Shown: in pieces, positions 12,901 through 25,552 of the stretch
How the letters are laid out: every line of letters starts with the position of its first letter
Numbering within the stretch: position 1 is the stretch's first letter
DNA from: Macrostomum lignano
Lineage: Eukaryota
Direction of reading: 5' to 3'
NCBI GenBank assembly: GCA_002269645.1
Contig: NIVC01001361.1
Span: forward strand, 242,385-306,384
Length of the DNA stretch: 64,000 nt
Made by a program: the position numbers and the translations under genes
The notes under the pieces: generated by a model
Told to the model about the DNA's origin: nothing
Seen by the model: only the letters and a program-made list of their open reading frames with translations
The model's database searches: none

Positions 12901-13671
12901 AACTAATAAAAAAAATTTTGGATTAGTCATTTGGGAATCAGCTTTATTAGCTACAGTGTAAACTTGCGCACACCGATTAGCCATGGAGGATGTTGCAGTT
13001 CGCTCTCTTCCTGGGAGAGCTCTCTGTTGTTGAGTCATTTTTGTTGCAAGGCAGAACTTGCTTAAGCGCATTAATATGAATTACGGCTGAATTATTACGA
13101 TAATACGAGGGCATACATTTATTTTGTTTTATTGACCATTCTACGGGGCAGGCAGTAAACTTTTCCGTTCAAGCGCACGCTGCAAGGTCGGGCTTTTATA
13201 TGTCCGGCTGTAATAAAATAAATGCTTGAGGTTGCCGAGCGAGGGAGCGTCACGTTGGGTCCGGCTGGTTCTGACTGCGCACGCGGTGCATCGCAGCAAA
13301 CGTAACTAAGAATATAATACTAACTTTTATGGTGGTACGCGTCCACAGAACGTAAAATAATCATCGACAGTCAATATATGTACGCTTTGCTGCAGTACAA
13401 GCTTAATGTTGGTACTGCACCTTTTAGCAATTGAATTGCTGTGTTGTAACTATTTGGAGACACGATATCTCTTATATCAGGAAGGATTAGTCAATTCAGC
13501 GTAGCGTAGGAACCGCAAAATCCCGGGTTTTGTGATTCTGGGACACGATTAAAAACTGATTTTAAAGCTTTTCAATTGTAATTTAAATGGAAATTTGAGC
13601 TAAAGGAGTTTTGCTTCCCAGAAGTACTAAAAGAAATTATAGTTTTAGGATTTTATAACAATGTTGTTCAG

Positions 13672-15229
13672 CAGGAGCGTCGCCATGGATTTTTTGGTGG
13701 GGGGGGGACAAAGCCAACAATTATACACGTACATGTACATGAATAAATTCCTACATGTACATTATTTTCAAAATCGGTATTATGAGCACTCATTTTGGCG
13801 CCGCAGGCACTCATTTTGGCACCGCAGGCACTCATTTTGGCGCCGCAGGCACTCATTTTGGCACCGCAGGCACTAATTTTAGCGCCGCAGGCACTCATTT
13901 TAGCGCCACAGGCACTCATTTTGGCTCGGCAGACACTAATTTTAGCGCCACAGGTACTCATTTTAGCGCCACAGGCACTCATTTTAGCGCCGCAGGCACT
14001 CATTTTAGCGCCACAGGCACTCATTTTAGAGCCGCAGGCACTCATTTTAGCGCCGCAGGCACTCATTTTAGCGCCACAGGCACTCATTTTAGCGCCGCAG
14101 GCACTCATTTTAGCGCCACAGGCACTCATTTTAGCGCCGCAGGCACTCATTTTGGCACCGCAGGCACTCATTTTAGCGCCACAGGCACTCATTTTAGCGC
14201 CACAGGCACTCATTTTAGCGCCGCAGGCACTCATTTTAGCGCCACAGGCACTCATTTTTAGCGCCACAGGCACTCATTTTAGCGCCGCAGGCACTCATTT
14301 TAGCGCCACAGGCACTCATTTTAGCGCCGCAGGCACTCATTTTAGCGCCACAGGCACTCATTTTAGCGCCGCAGGCACTCATTTTGGCACCGCAGGCACT
14401 CATTTTAGCGCCACAGGCACTCATTTTAGCGCCACAGGCACTCATTTTAGCGCCGCAGGCACTCATTTTAGCGCCACAGGCACTCATTTTTAGCGCCACA
14501 GGCACTCATTTTAGCGCCGCAGGCACTCATTTTAGCGCCACAGGCACTCATTTTTAGCGCCACAGGCACTCATTTTAGCGCCGCAGGCACTCATTTTAGC
14601 GCCGCAGGCACTCATTTTAGCGCCACAGGCACTCATTTTAGCGCCGCAGGCACTCATTTTAGCGCCGCAGGCACTCATTTTGGCACCGCAGGCACTCATT
14701 TTAGCGCCACAGGCACTCATTTTAGCGCCACAGGCACTCATTTTAGCGCCGCAGGCACTCATTTTGGCACCGCAGGCACTCATTTTAGCGCCACAGGCAC
14801 TCATTTTAGCGCCACAGGCACTCATTTTAGCGCCGCAGGCACTCATTTTAGCGCCACAGGCACTCATTTTTAGCGCCACAGGCACTCATTTTAGCGCCGC
14901 AGGCACTCATTTTAGCGCCACAGGCACTCATTTTTAGCGCCACAGGCACTCATTTTAGCGCCGCAGGCACTCATTTTGGCACCGCAGGCACTCATTTTAG
15001 CGCCACAGGCACTCATTTTTAGCGCCACAGGCACTCATTTTAGCGCCGCAGGCACTCATTTTAGCGCCACAGGCGCTATGGTTTGTCTCCCAGCTGCAAA
15101 AGTATTGATTTCCATAACGGGTCACCAGGTGGGGTGGGGGGGACAAAGCATTGGCATATGCCCCCCCCCCGATCTTTTACTGGGGGGGGGGACATGTCCC
15201 CTCTGTCGCCCCCATTGGCGACGCCCCTG
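13672..15229. mobile_element. Non-autonomous TIR element (hAT-like MITE) with an internally expanded 21-bp array
   Basis: Left end CAGGAGCGTCGCCATGG; right end reverse-complements to CAGGGGCGTCGCCAATGG; subterminal G-run GGGGACA / TGTCCCC motifs. No clean 8-bp TSD (flanks share only ATGTTG). Superfamily assignment is inference. Confidence 0.65.
13782..15072 (+). repeat. 21-bp minisatellite (TTTTAGCGCCGCAGGCACTCA)
   Basis: About 60 tandem units; occasional extra T causes the frame changes seen in the ORF track. Confidence 0.97.
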
Positions 15230-15608
15230 ATGTTGATACAAACACAACGATCTGAACCACCTGATTCAGGGACGCAATGCGCTTTCTAAATAATGCCTCA
15301 ACAATTATATGCCGTGGTAAATTTAGCCTAGAGTCAATGACAAGACTATATAGCCAAGAGCCATCTCTGTGTATATGTACAATTTTGTCTCATCCAATTT
15401 CATATTTTCTTAGATATATAACACGTTAACTTGTTTCAGAGAACCGTACTCACACTTTTTTGGCATGACTTCAGTCTGCTGCCAACGGATTTTGATAATC
15501 TTGGTTTCATTTTAAATCTAAACAAATTTAAAAGGGTTGGCTCTCAAGGGCGTAAATTTGCACGAGCCCAGACCCAAGCAGAGATTCCAATTTAACTCCA
15601 AATTAATG

Positions 15609-15681
15609 TGACTGCACTTGGAATCGAGTCTGAGCGGCTAGTACATAAGAGCACCGCTAGACCACCAGGCTACGGCCCCCC
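15609..15681 (-). mobile_element. Degenerate tRNA-derived (SINE-head-like) sequence
   Basis: Minus strand reads GGGGCCGTAGCCTGGTGGTCTAGCGG...GACTCGATTCC, resembling Pol III A and B boxes; no intact cloverleaf seen. Confidence 0.35.
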
Positions 15682-17261
15682 ATTAAACCTATCCTATGTA
15701 GTGCACATGGCTTATGAATAGTTAAAATTTAATATAAATTGTAGTGCACTAGAGGTAACTGCAAATATGGCGCAGGCGGCTCTCTAATGAGTGGCAGAGC
15801 TCCAGCTGGTGCCTGAAACAAGACCGCAGTTTGGGAATTTTCAGGAATGCCGGAAACAAGTATAAGTGCGATAGGCTCTACCTATTACTTATGGACAGGT
15901 ATAGAAACTGCGTGATGCAGGGCTGCAGCTGCAGATAGCAGGCCTCAGCAGTGTGTTTTTACCTAGGTCCACGCGCCGCTGTTGCGTCCCTAGATTTTTT
16001 AAAAGCTTGGCAAATGTTGGTAAGAGAGCGAAAGAGGGGAGGGCTGTCAGCGAATTCCCGTGGATCCCTGGCTGCAGCCCTCTGGGAGGTCTATCTGTAA
16101 AAAAATCGATCCAGCTTCCCATCTACATCTAGATCCCCTGACGCGGCTGGCCACGCAAATCCATCCAAACCCAGTCGTCCTTGTCTTTGCGGCCTGACAG
16201 TTTTTCCGCCATTCGTGCGGCCGTGCCAGTCCAATAAAAAAGGTCTTCGCGTACTTTAGCAGCATTTACATATTCTGAGGGTGTACTTGACAATTCATTT
16301 TCAACCACTATTGGGGTCAGTATTTTTGGTACTTTTTGAAGGTTATACTGGGCAGCACTACAGACTATATCAATAAGTAATTTACTTTTTTTATTTCTTT
16401 TCCCGATATAAATTTGAAGCACTTTTTTGTATAGTGGCGTAGACAAGGGGGTCATGGGGAGGTCATGACACCGCAAACGGCCGACCATTGAAGTTTTGAA
16501 TCTACCAGATCAAGGGTCATTCACGAGACACAAGCACTCTAACGGCCGAACCATGCAAATGAGCTCGATACAGCCACATTTTGCCTTAACTTCCTTTTAA
16601 TTACTTATAATCAGTAGTCAAAAGCAACTCGTGTAGTTGATGGCGATGGGAAAAAACCAAGAGAACATGACTTCAATTAAAGTTCACTTCAACTCAAACC
16701 GTGCATTAGCATAGCAGTCAAAAAAATGCGCGTAGGAACGAAAAATAATGAGCTGAGTTCTCAGTCTGAAAGACCTGTCATTTCCTTCCTTCTCGTACGT
16801 GTTAATTAAATTTTTTCTCTCTATCTCCTCTTTCCTGGAAACTGGAAAATTAAGTATAGTTATTAGAGGTCTCTGGCCGATGAGTCAGCTGGGCAGCTGA
16901 GCTTCATTAGGGGAGAGGTGAGCACACTCTGTGAGCACAATCACAATGCCTGCCGCCCTACATGGGAAGCTTTTTTTAATTTATGTGACACGTTTACAAC
17001 TTATGAATGCCTTTGCTTTTATAGTTATCGTGTACAGTTCTGTTTTGGATAAATTACGACGCTACCATGAGGCAGTCGTGAGAGCAGTATACTTAAAGTT
17101 TGGTGGTATCCGTGACCCAGCTACATGACTGTGCGATACAGTGTATAAATGTATAGTGCTTCTACTATACTCATCGATGCAGTAAATGCATGCGGTTTTG
17201 AGGCCCCAGATATTAAGATATGAGAATGGCAAGGGAGGGGGATGTTTTCACAAAACCTAAA

Positions 17262-17600
17262 CTTCACAAGACCTAAACCTTAAGTGAACTAAACTTCAAA
17301 GGACCTAAACTTCACAAGAACTAAATTCCAACAAGGCCTAAACTTCAACAGACCTAAACTTCACAGGACCCAAACTTTACAAAAATTAAACTTCACAAGA
17401 ACTAAACTTCACAAGAACTAAACTTCACAAGACCTAAACTTCACAAGAACTAAACTCCAACAAGGCCTAAACTTCAACAGACCTAAACTTCACAGGACCT
17501 AAACTTCGCAAGAATTAAATTCCACAAGACCTAAACTTTACAAGATCTAAACTTCAGAAGACCTAAACTTCAGAAAACCTAAACTTCAGAAGATTCAGAA
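17262..17600 (+). repeat. 16-bp minisatellite (GACCTAAACTTCACAA)
   Basis: About 20 degenerate tandem units. Confidence 0.9.
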
Positions 17601-17892
17601 CACCTAAGCTTCATATTCTAAACAACATCAGTGCTGCAAGTCCAAGACTGACAAGTGATAACTTGCAAGTTTGCAAGTCTGCAAGTTTGGATGTCCAATT
17701 CCATAGACTTGATTGTCTATGGCCCAGCCTGTCTCATATTACTTCGAAGCACACAAGCACAAAAGCTCGAATTTAGGAAACAAAAGAGATCGAAGCCGGC
17801 AAAGAAAACGAAAAGACTTGAAATTCTAACTTCGAAAACGGATCGCCACGCGGTTGTGTATTTTGGCACGAGTGTGGTCCAGCTGCAATGTC

Positions 17893-17904
17893 TCAACTCG
17901 CTCG

Positions 17905-17974
<70 letters not shown>

Positions 17975-17980
17975 CTCTCT
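17893..17980. repeat. (CT)n microsatellite
   Basis: Near-pure CT run. Confidence 0.97.
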
Positions 17981-18824
17981 CAGTTCTTTCATGTCATGGC
18001 CAAGCCACCGCGGCCTTGTGGCACATGTGCAAATTCTGTTTCCATGCCAGTGACGCATCGAAAGCGAGTGAGAAATTTGCGGGGGGGGAATAAGTTCTCC
18101 TGATTGTGGCATGCCAAAACAGGCCCCCCCACACCTCTTCAATTGAAGGGTATTGCGTGAGAAAACACTGCAGAAAACTGCAGGAGGCTGAAGCTCTGCA
18201 TAGCACGTGTGTAGCTATAGAAATGAGAGTGAGGTAGGACAGAGAGGAAATTATAGCTGACCAATTGTGGTCTTGCATACGGGGGAGCACTTAATCTGAG
18301 CAGTGCGTGTGCGCGTGTGTGTGCTCATTGTACACCCAGGTAAAATGCAGTCTCCTAAGATTATAGGAGCTTACAAGGCAGAACAATAGAGTAGAGGTAA
18401 TTATTTCTACTGGGCTGTGTGTGTAAGTTGGAGAGAGGGAGAGAGTGAAATACTCGGACAAAAGCTGACTGACAGCTTCGAACAACGAGAGCGTTGCGGT
18501 GTGAAATTCCTACGTATCGCTTTGGCTCAGAGCTGAAAACACAAAGACAGAGAGAAAGACAACGAGAATAGTCTATTGAAAAATATATTCTTCTTTTAAC
18601 TCATAATTGACCAGCAGTCATCTTTTGTCCAGCGCGCTGAAAAGGATTCAATTTGGTGAGTGCCTTAATAACCTCGCAACCCGGCTGAGAGCTGCTCATT
18701 TGGCAACTGGCTTTGTGTGCCGGATGTTTGCCAAAGTTTTTATAGATTGTACCTTTAATTAATACCGTTATTAATGAGATAAAATATACTATATAACGAA
18801 AATAGCGAGAGAGTCTGGAGGACG

Positions 18825-21475
18825 GGGAAGGAGACTGGATGAAGGGGGAGAGAGTGAGACTGGATGAAGGGTGAGAGTGAGACTGGATGAAGGGGAAGAG
18901 AGTGAGACTGGATGAAGGGGAAGAGAGTGAGACTGGATGAAGGGGAAGAGAGTGAGACTGGATGAAGGGGGAGAGAGTGAGACTGGATGAAGGGGAAGAG
19001 AGTGAGACTGAATGAATGGAGAGAGAGAGTGAGACTGGATGAAGGGGGAGAGAGTGAGACTGGATGAAGGGTGAGAGAGTGAGACTGGATGAAGGGGAGA
19101 GAGTGAGACTGGATGAAGGGTGAGAGTGAGACTGAATGAAGGGGGAGAGAGTGAGACTGAATGAAGGGGAGAGAGTGAGACTGAATGAATGGAGAGAGAG
19201 AGTGAGACTGGATGAAGGGGGAGAGAGTGAGACTGAATGAAGGGGGAGAGAGTGAGACTGGATGAAGGGGGAGAGAGTGAGACTGGATGAAGGGGGAGAG
19301 AGTGAGACTGGATGAAGGGTGAGAGTGAGACTGAATGAAGGGTAAGAGAGTGAGACTGGATGAAGGGTGAGAGTGAGACTGAATGAAGGGGGAGAGAGTG
19401 AGACTGAATGAAGGGGGAGAGAGTGAGACTGGATGAAGGGTGAGAGTGAGACTGAATGAAGGGGGAGAGAGTGAGACTGGATGAAGGGGGAGAGAGTGAG
19501 ACTGGATGAAGGGTGAGAGTGAGACTGGATGAAGGGGGAGAGAGTGAGACTGGATGAAGGGGGAGAGAGTGAGACTGGATGAAGGGTGAGAGTGAGACTG
19601 AATGAAGGGTAAGAGAGTGAGACTGGATGAAGGATGAGAGTGAGACTGAATGAAGGGGGAGAGAGTGAGACTGAATGAAGGGGAGAGAGTGAGACTGAAT
19701 GAATGGAGAGAGAGTGAGACTGGATGAAGGGGAGAGAGTGAGACTGAATGAAGGGGGAGAGAGTGAGACTGAATGAAGGGGGAGAGAGTGAGACTGAATG
19801 AAGGGGAGAGAGTGAGACTGAATGAAGGGGAGAGAGTGAGACTGGATGAAGGGGGAGAGAGTGAGACTGAATGAATGAAGGGGGAGAGAGTGAGACTGAA
19901 TGAAGGGGAGAGAGTGAGACTGGATGAAGGGGGAGAGAGTGAGACTGAATGAAGGGGAGAGAGTGAGACTGGATGAAGGGGGAGTGAGACTGGATGAAGG
20001 GGAGAGAGTGAGACTGGATGAAGGGGGAGAGAGTGAGACTGAATGAAGGGGGAGAGAGTGAGACTGAATGAAGGGGAGAGAGTGAGACTGAATGAAGGGG
20101 GAGTGAGACTGGATGAAGGGGGAGTGAGACTGGATGAAGGGGAAGAGAGTGAGACTGGATGAAGGGGAAGAGAGTGAGACTGGATGAAGGGGAAGAGAGT
20201 AAGACTGGATGAAGGGGGAGAGAGTGAGACTGAATGAAGGGGGAGAGAGTGAGACTGAATGAAGAGGAGAGAGTGAGACTGGATGAAGGGGGAGAGAGTG
20301 AGACTGAATGAATGAAGGGGGAGAGAGTGAGACTGAATGAAGGGGGAGAGAGTGAGACTGAATGAAGGGGAGAGAGTGAGACTGGATGAAGGGGGAGTGA
20401 GACTGGATGAAGGGGGAGAGAATGAGACTGAATGAAGGGGGAGAGAGTGAGACTGAATGAAGGGGGAGAGAGTGAGACTGAATGAAGGGAGAGAGAGTGA
20501 GACTGAATGAAGGGGAGAGAGTGAGACTGAATGAAGGGGAGAGAGTGAGACTGGATGAAGGGGGAGAGAGTGAGACTGAATGAATGAAGGGGGAGAGAGT
20601 GAGACTGAATGAAGGGGAGAGAGTGAGACTGGATGAAGGGGAAGAGAGTGAGACTGGATGAAGGGGGAGAGAGTGAGACTGAATGAAGGGGGAGAGAGTG
20701 AGACTGAATGAAGGGGAGAGAGTGAGACTGAATGAAGGGGGAGTGAGACTGGATGAAGGGGGAGTGAGACTGGATGAAGGGGGAGAGAGTGAGACTGAAT
20801 GAATGAAGGGGGAGAGAGTGAGACTGGATGAAGGGGAAGAGAGTGAGACTGGATGAAGGGGAAGAGGGTGAGACTGGATGAAGGGGAAGAGAGTGAGACT
20901 GGATGAAGGGGAAGAGAGTGAGACTGGATGAAGGGGAAGAGAGTGAGACTGGATGAAGGGGGAGAGAGTGAGACTGAATGAAGGGGGAGAGAGTGAGACT
21001 GAATGAAGGGGAGAGAGTGAGACTGGATGAAGGGGGAGAGAGTGAGACTGAATGAATGAAGGGGGAGAGAGTGAGACTGAATGAAGGGGAGAGAGTGAGA
21101 CTGGATGAAGGGGGGGTGAGACTGGATGAAGGGGGAGAGAGTGAGACTGAATGAAGGGGGAGAGAGTGAGACTGAATGAAGGGGGAGAGAGTGAGACTGA
21201 ATGAAGGGAGAGAGAGTGAGACTGAATGAAGGGGAGAGAGTGAGACTGAATGAAGGGGGAGTGAGACTGGATGAAGGGGGAGTGAGACTGGATGAAGGGG
21301 GAGAGAGTGAGACTGAATGAATGAAGGGAGAGAGAGTGAGACTGGATGAAGGGGAAGAGAGTGAGACTGGATGAAGGGGAAGAGAGTGAGACTGGATGAA
21401 GGGGAAGAGAGTGAGACTGGATGAAGGGGAAGAGAGTGAGACTGAATGAAGGGGGAGTGAGACTGGATGAAGGGG
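18825..21475 (+). repeat. ~25-bp purine-rich minisatellite (GAGACTGGATGAAGGGGGAGAGAGT), 2.65 kb
   Basis: Tandem units of 21-29 bp; the 990-aa minus-strand ORF is only the stop-free pyrimidine strand. Confidence 0.97.
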
Positions 21476-22573
21476 ATAGAAAGAGTGGCAGGAGAGCTGT
21501 GGAGATGACAGGCTGAGCCCCTGTAAGCAGCAGGCGCAGTCGAGCTGCTCAGCAAGGGAATTCTGTGAGGCATCTGAGGATCTGAGAGCAGACTGTTCCC
21601 AGATCCCAGATCTAGTGAGCCCCCTGATCTGAGTCTCTGTGTAATTTATACATGAATAGTCGATGGCAAACGGAATAATGCGGCAATCTTCGGGAGATCA
21701 GCTGGTTTGGGTAGTTGAAGGCCGGAATGCGGAACTTCACAGCAAATAAGCAGTTCAGCGGGTTTGAGCACGAGTTCAGTCTAAGCTACTCACAGTGGAT
21801 AAACCTTCTTCCATTCCTTCCCCAGTGTTGACGGGGATTTTTCTAAGCTCAAGAAAGTTTCCCATTGGAGGCCTGTTCTGCCCTATTCAACTGGCTTCCC
21901 ACTTTGAGGAGTCCTTTCTCTACTCAACTGGACTCGATCTACTTGATCAGCAAACTGGATTGTAGATATCGAATCTGACCTATTTATTAAGGGGGTAGAG
22001 AACTGCTCAAGCTAGCCTGCTTTTGCCTTTTATTATCGGAAAAAAAGATTTATAAAGCTCGTGCGTATTTGGATAGTAAGACTTTGGGGAGAAAGGATAT
22101 ACGGAAAGGCTTTTTCCCACTGTATATGCGATGCCCAATACATTACTGAAGTCCGAAATTCCCTCTCGGGTGGTTTAGTGTTTCAAATCATTCACCTGCT
22201 CAGCCACGGAGCAAATATAGAATACCACCAGCCTATAAGCCTCAACATTTTCTGTATAGATTTCTCATTGCAATCTTAGTTTTTTAATTCATGGGTCACG
22301 TGAACCGAGTGATTCCTTTGCTCAACCGTGAACTTGGTTTGTAACTTGTGAGTCTACATAGAATTACATGTATTGTGACTTAGAGAGCGTTGCAAAGAAA
22401 TTGGAATGTTGAGTCTGACCCTCTCTGAACGTTTCTTAAACTCTTCCTTCACTGCGGGTTTTAATTACCCTCGTAATGTCTGTGTTTTATCTTTGTATTT
22501 TTAGCTATCTAAATCTTTTTGCTTTGAAATTTTCCCGTTTTCTGCATGCACCCTGTGTCAAACCCAATCTCCC

Positions 22574-22930
22574 GACACCTCAAACCCCTCACTCCTATTA
22601 CCCCTCTGTGTACACCTCAAACCCCTCACTCCTATTACCCCTCTGTGTACACCTCAAACCCCTCACTCCTATTACCCTCTGTGTACACCTCGAACCCCTC
22701 ACTCCTATTACCCCTCTGTGTACACCTCAAACCCCTCACTCCTACTACCCCCTCTGTGTACACCTCAAACCCCTCATTCCTACTACCCCCTCTGTGTACA
22801 CCTCAAACCCCTCACTCCTACTACCCCCTCTGTGTACACCTCAAACCCCTCATTCCTTCTACCAGTCTTTGTACACCTTAAACCCCTCAAACTCCTCACT
22901 CCAACTACCCCATCAGCGTACACTTCAAAC
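22574..22930 (+). repeat. 37-bp minisatellite (TACACCTCAAACCCCTCACTCCTATTACCCCTCTGTG)
   Basis: About 9 tandem units, degenerating to the right. Confidence 0.93.
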
Positions 22931-23485
22931 CCTTTCCTTACTTCTCCTTCCAACCGATTTAAATATTTTTTAAGCTTAAACAATCATCAAAGGCTGAAGC
23001 CGACACGCTGAAATCATCATCTATTTTTAAATATTGCTACTCGAAATTACAAACTTTACAGTAGGACTCTGAAGTAGCAGTAATGTAGCAGTTAGTGGCG
23101 ATAGAACTGTACTAATAATTATAAATATACGACCAGTTCGCCACAGAGCCACTGCAGCCGTGGGCAGTTAGTCAGTCACTTCAATTTTCCGTTTCCCGCT
23201 CTCCCAACGGAAATTGCTCAGGCTTAGCTTTCTGTCATATTAGTTTTCCCAATTATCGCGTATAAGCGAGCGTTTTTTATTCGCTTTATTCATTTTTTGC
23301 TTTCCGCTTGCACTGTTTGCTGTCAACATTGGAGCAGCATTTGATAGCTTTGAGTTTGGGCCTCTCAGCCACTTTATTTAGTATGCATTAACAGCTAGTG
23401 CCTTCGTTCACGGCTAGAAAGTACTTTACTGGTGCCTTAGAAATGATTTTTTGGTAAGAACCGTAACTAAAGAAAATGGGCTGCA

Positions 23486-24312
23486 GCCTCAGTGTCGTTA
23501 CTCCCTTCCTCAGTGTCTTTGCTCCCCTCCTCAGTGTCGTTACTCCCTTCCTCAGTGTCTTTGCTCCCCTCCTCAGTGTCGTTACTCCCCAGTCCTCAAT
23601 GTCGCTACTGCCCTCCTCAGTGTCGTTACTCCCTTCCTCAGTGTCGTTACTCCCCAGTCCTCAGTGTCGTTACTCCCCAGTCCTCAGTGTCGTTACTCCC
23701 CAGTGCTCAGTGTCGTTACTCCCTTCCTCAGTGTCGTTACTCCCTTCCTCAGTGTCGTTACTCCCCAGTCCTCAGTGTCGCTACTGCCCTCCTCAGTGTC
23801 GTTACTCCCTTCCTCAGTGTCGTTACTCCCCAGTCCTCAGTGTCGTTACTCCCCTCCTCAGTGTCGTTACTCCCCAGTCCTCAGTGTCGTTACTCCCCAG
23901 TCCTCAGTGTCGTTACTCCCCAGTCCTCAGTGTCGTTACTCCCCAGTCCTCAGTGTCGTTACTCCCCAGTCCTCAATGTCGCTACTGCCCTCCTCAGTGT
24001 CGTTACTCCCTTCCTCAGTGTCGTTACTCCCTTCCTCAGTGTCGTTACTCCCTTTCTCAGTGTCGTTACTCCCCAGTCCTCAGTGTCGTTACTCCCCAGT
24101 CCTCAGTGTCGCTACTGCCCTCCTCAGTGTCGTTACTCCCCAGTCCTCAGTGTCGTTACTCCCTTCCTCAGTGTCGTTACTCCCCAGTCCTCAGTGTCGT
24201 TACTCCCCTCCTCAGTGTCGTTACTCCCCAGTCCTCAGTGTCGTTACTCCCCAGTCCTCAGTGTCGTTACTCCCCAGTCCTCAGTGTCGTTACTCCCCAG
24301 TCCTCAGTGTCG
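23486..24312 (+). repeat. 20-23-bp minisatellite (CCTCAGTGTCGTTACTCCCCAGT)
   Basis: Tandem units with length variants. Confidence 0.96.
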
Positions 24313-25127
24313 TTTTCTAACGTCGGTTTCTAGTTAATGTTAGTAAAAGTTGCAGAAGAAGAATATAAAATCAAAATTTGTACGTTGAACTTATTTTTTA
24401 TATACGCAACAGAATATGAAGACAGAATCTCAGGATACCATAGTCGGCAACTGCAGCAGTTGATATTGTTTTGATTTTGTGGTCCTTGGCTCTTTAAACT
24501 TAGCTATGCGTGATTTTTAGTTCCAGGCACGAGTGTTAGTCTAAAAGCCAGAGTCAGTCAAGCAACCAAAATTGCGTCTTGTAGCCTTCAACACCCATGC
24601 CAAAGTTTACTACCCAGCAGTCTGCAGATCTAAACGCCGATTTGTTTATCACAGCAAGATTCGAGTTTATCATTTATTGAAGTTTGCTGCTTTGTTTTAA
24701 CACGCAATTTTACTTACCCAACCTACCTGTGGCTCTAATGCAAGTTAAACTGAACTTAATCCTTGTGCGTTGATCTCATAGCTAGTTGGTCCCTTCTGCA
24801 CTATGGCTACTTGGAACATTTTACCTGCTGTGTATTTAGAGAATAGGGATAGGGGCTAGTACCCCCTTCCCCGGCTCCGGTGTAAAATAACTCCCGGGCT
24901 CATTTCGTTGAAAACCTGCATATTATTTCAAGTGCGCAGCTAAAGTCGCGCGCATTCCATCGAGATCCGGGATATGGGATCTGCGAGCTGGCGGCGCAAT
25001 ATTGGTGGAGAGCATGAAATTGAAATGCACCGCGCCATTGCATGGTCGGAATGCACTTTAAAATCTTGAAACTTCGGGAACAAATTTTAATTTGCTTTTA
25101 ACTGAAGAATCCCAATGAGAGCTATAC

Positions 25128-25552
25128 AGTAACTCTCCGGTGAAGTCTTCAGTCACTCTCCGGTGAAGTCTTCAGTCACTCTCCGGTGAAGTCTTCAGTC
25201 ACTCTCCGGTGAAGTCTTCGGTCACTCTCCGGTGAAGTCTTCAGTCACTCTCTGGTGAAGTCTTCGGTCACTCTCCGGTGAAGTCAGCAGTCACTCTCCG
25301 GTGAAGTCTTCAGTCACTCTCCGGTGAAGTCAGCAGTCACTCTCCGGTGAAGTCAGCAGTCACTCTCCGGTGAAGTCAGCAGTCACTCTCCGGTGAAGTC
25401 AGCAGTCACTCTCCGGTGAAGTCAGCAGTCACTCTCCGGTGAAGTCAGCAGTCACTCTCCGGTGAAGTCTTCAGTCACTCTCCGGTGAAGTCTTCAGTCA
25501 CTCTCCGGTGAAGTCAGCAGTCACTCTCCGGTGAAGTCAGCAGTCACTCTCC
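25128..25552 (+). repeat. 23-bp minisatellite (CAGTCACTCTCCGGTGAAGTCTT)
   Basis: About 18 tandem units with two variants (TCTT / TCAG). Confidence 0.96.

Noticed and set aside
15889-16265. SWIDFFTDR (LINE RT-like) and GDLDVDGKLD (FG-GAP-like) peptides
   Set aside because: Isolated short matches in different frames without flanking conserved motifs.
18601-21573. 990-aa minus-strand ORF
   Set aside because: Almost entirely the stop-free pyrimidine strand of the 25-bp array; no evidence of translation.
21886-21980. Kinesin-like STIQFADQV on the minus strand
   Set aside because: No other kinesin motor motifs found nearby; similarity too weak.
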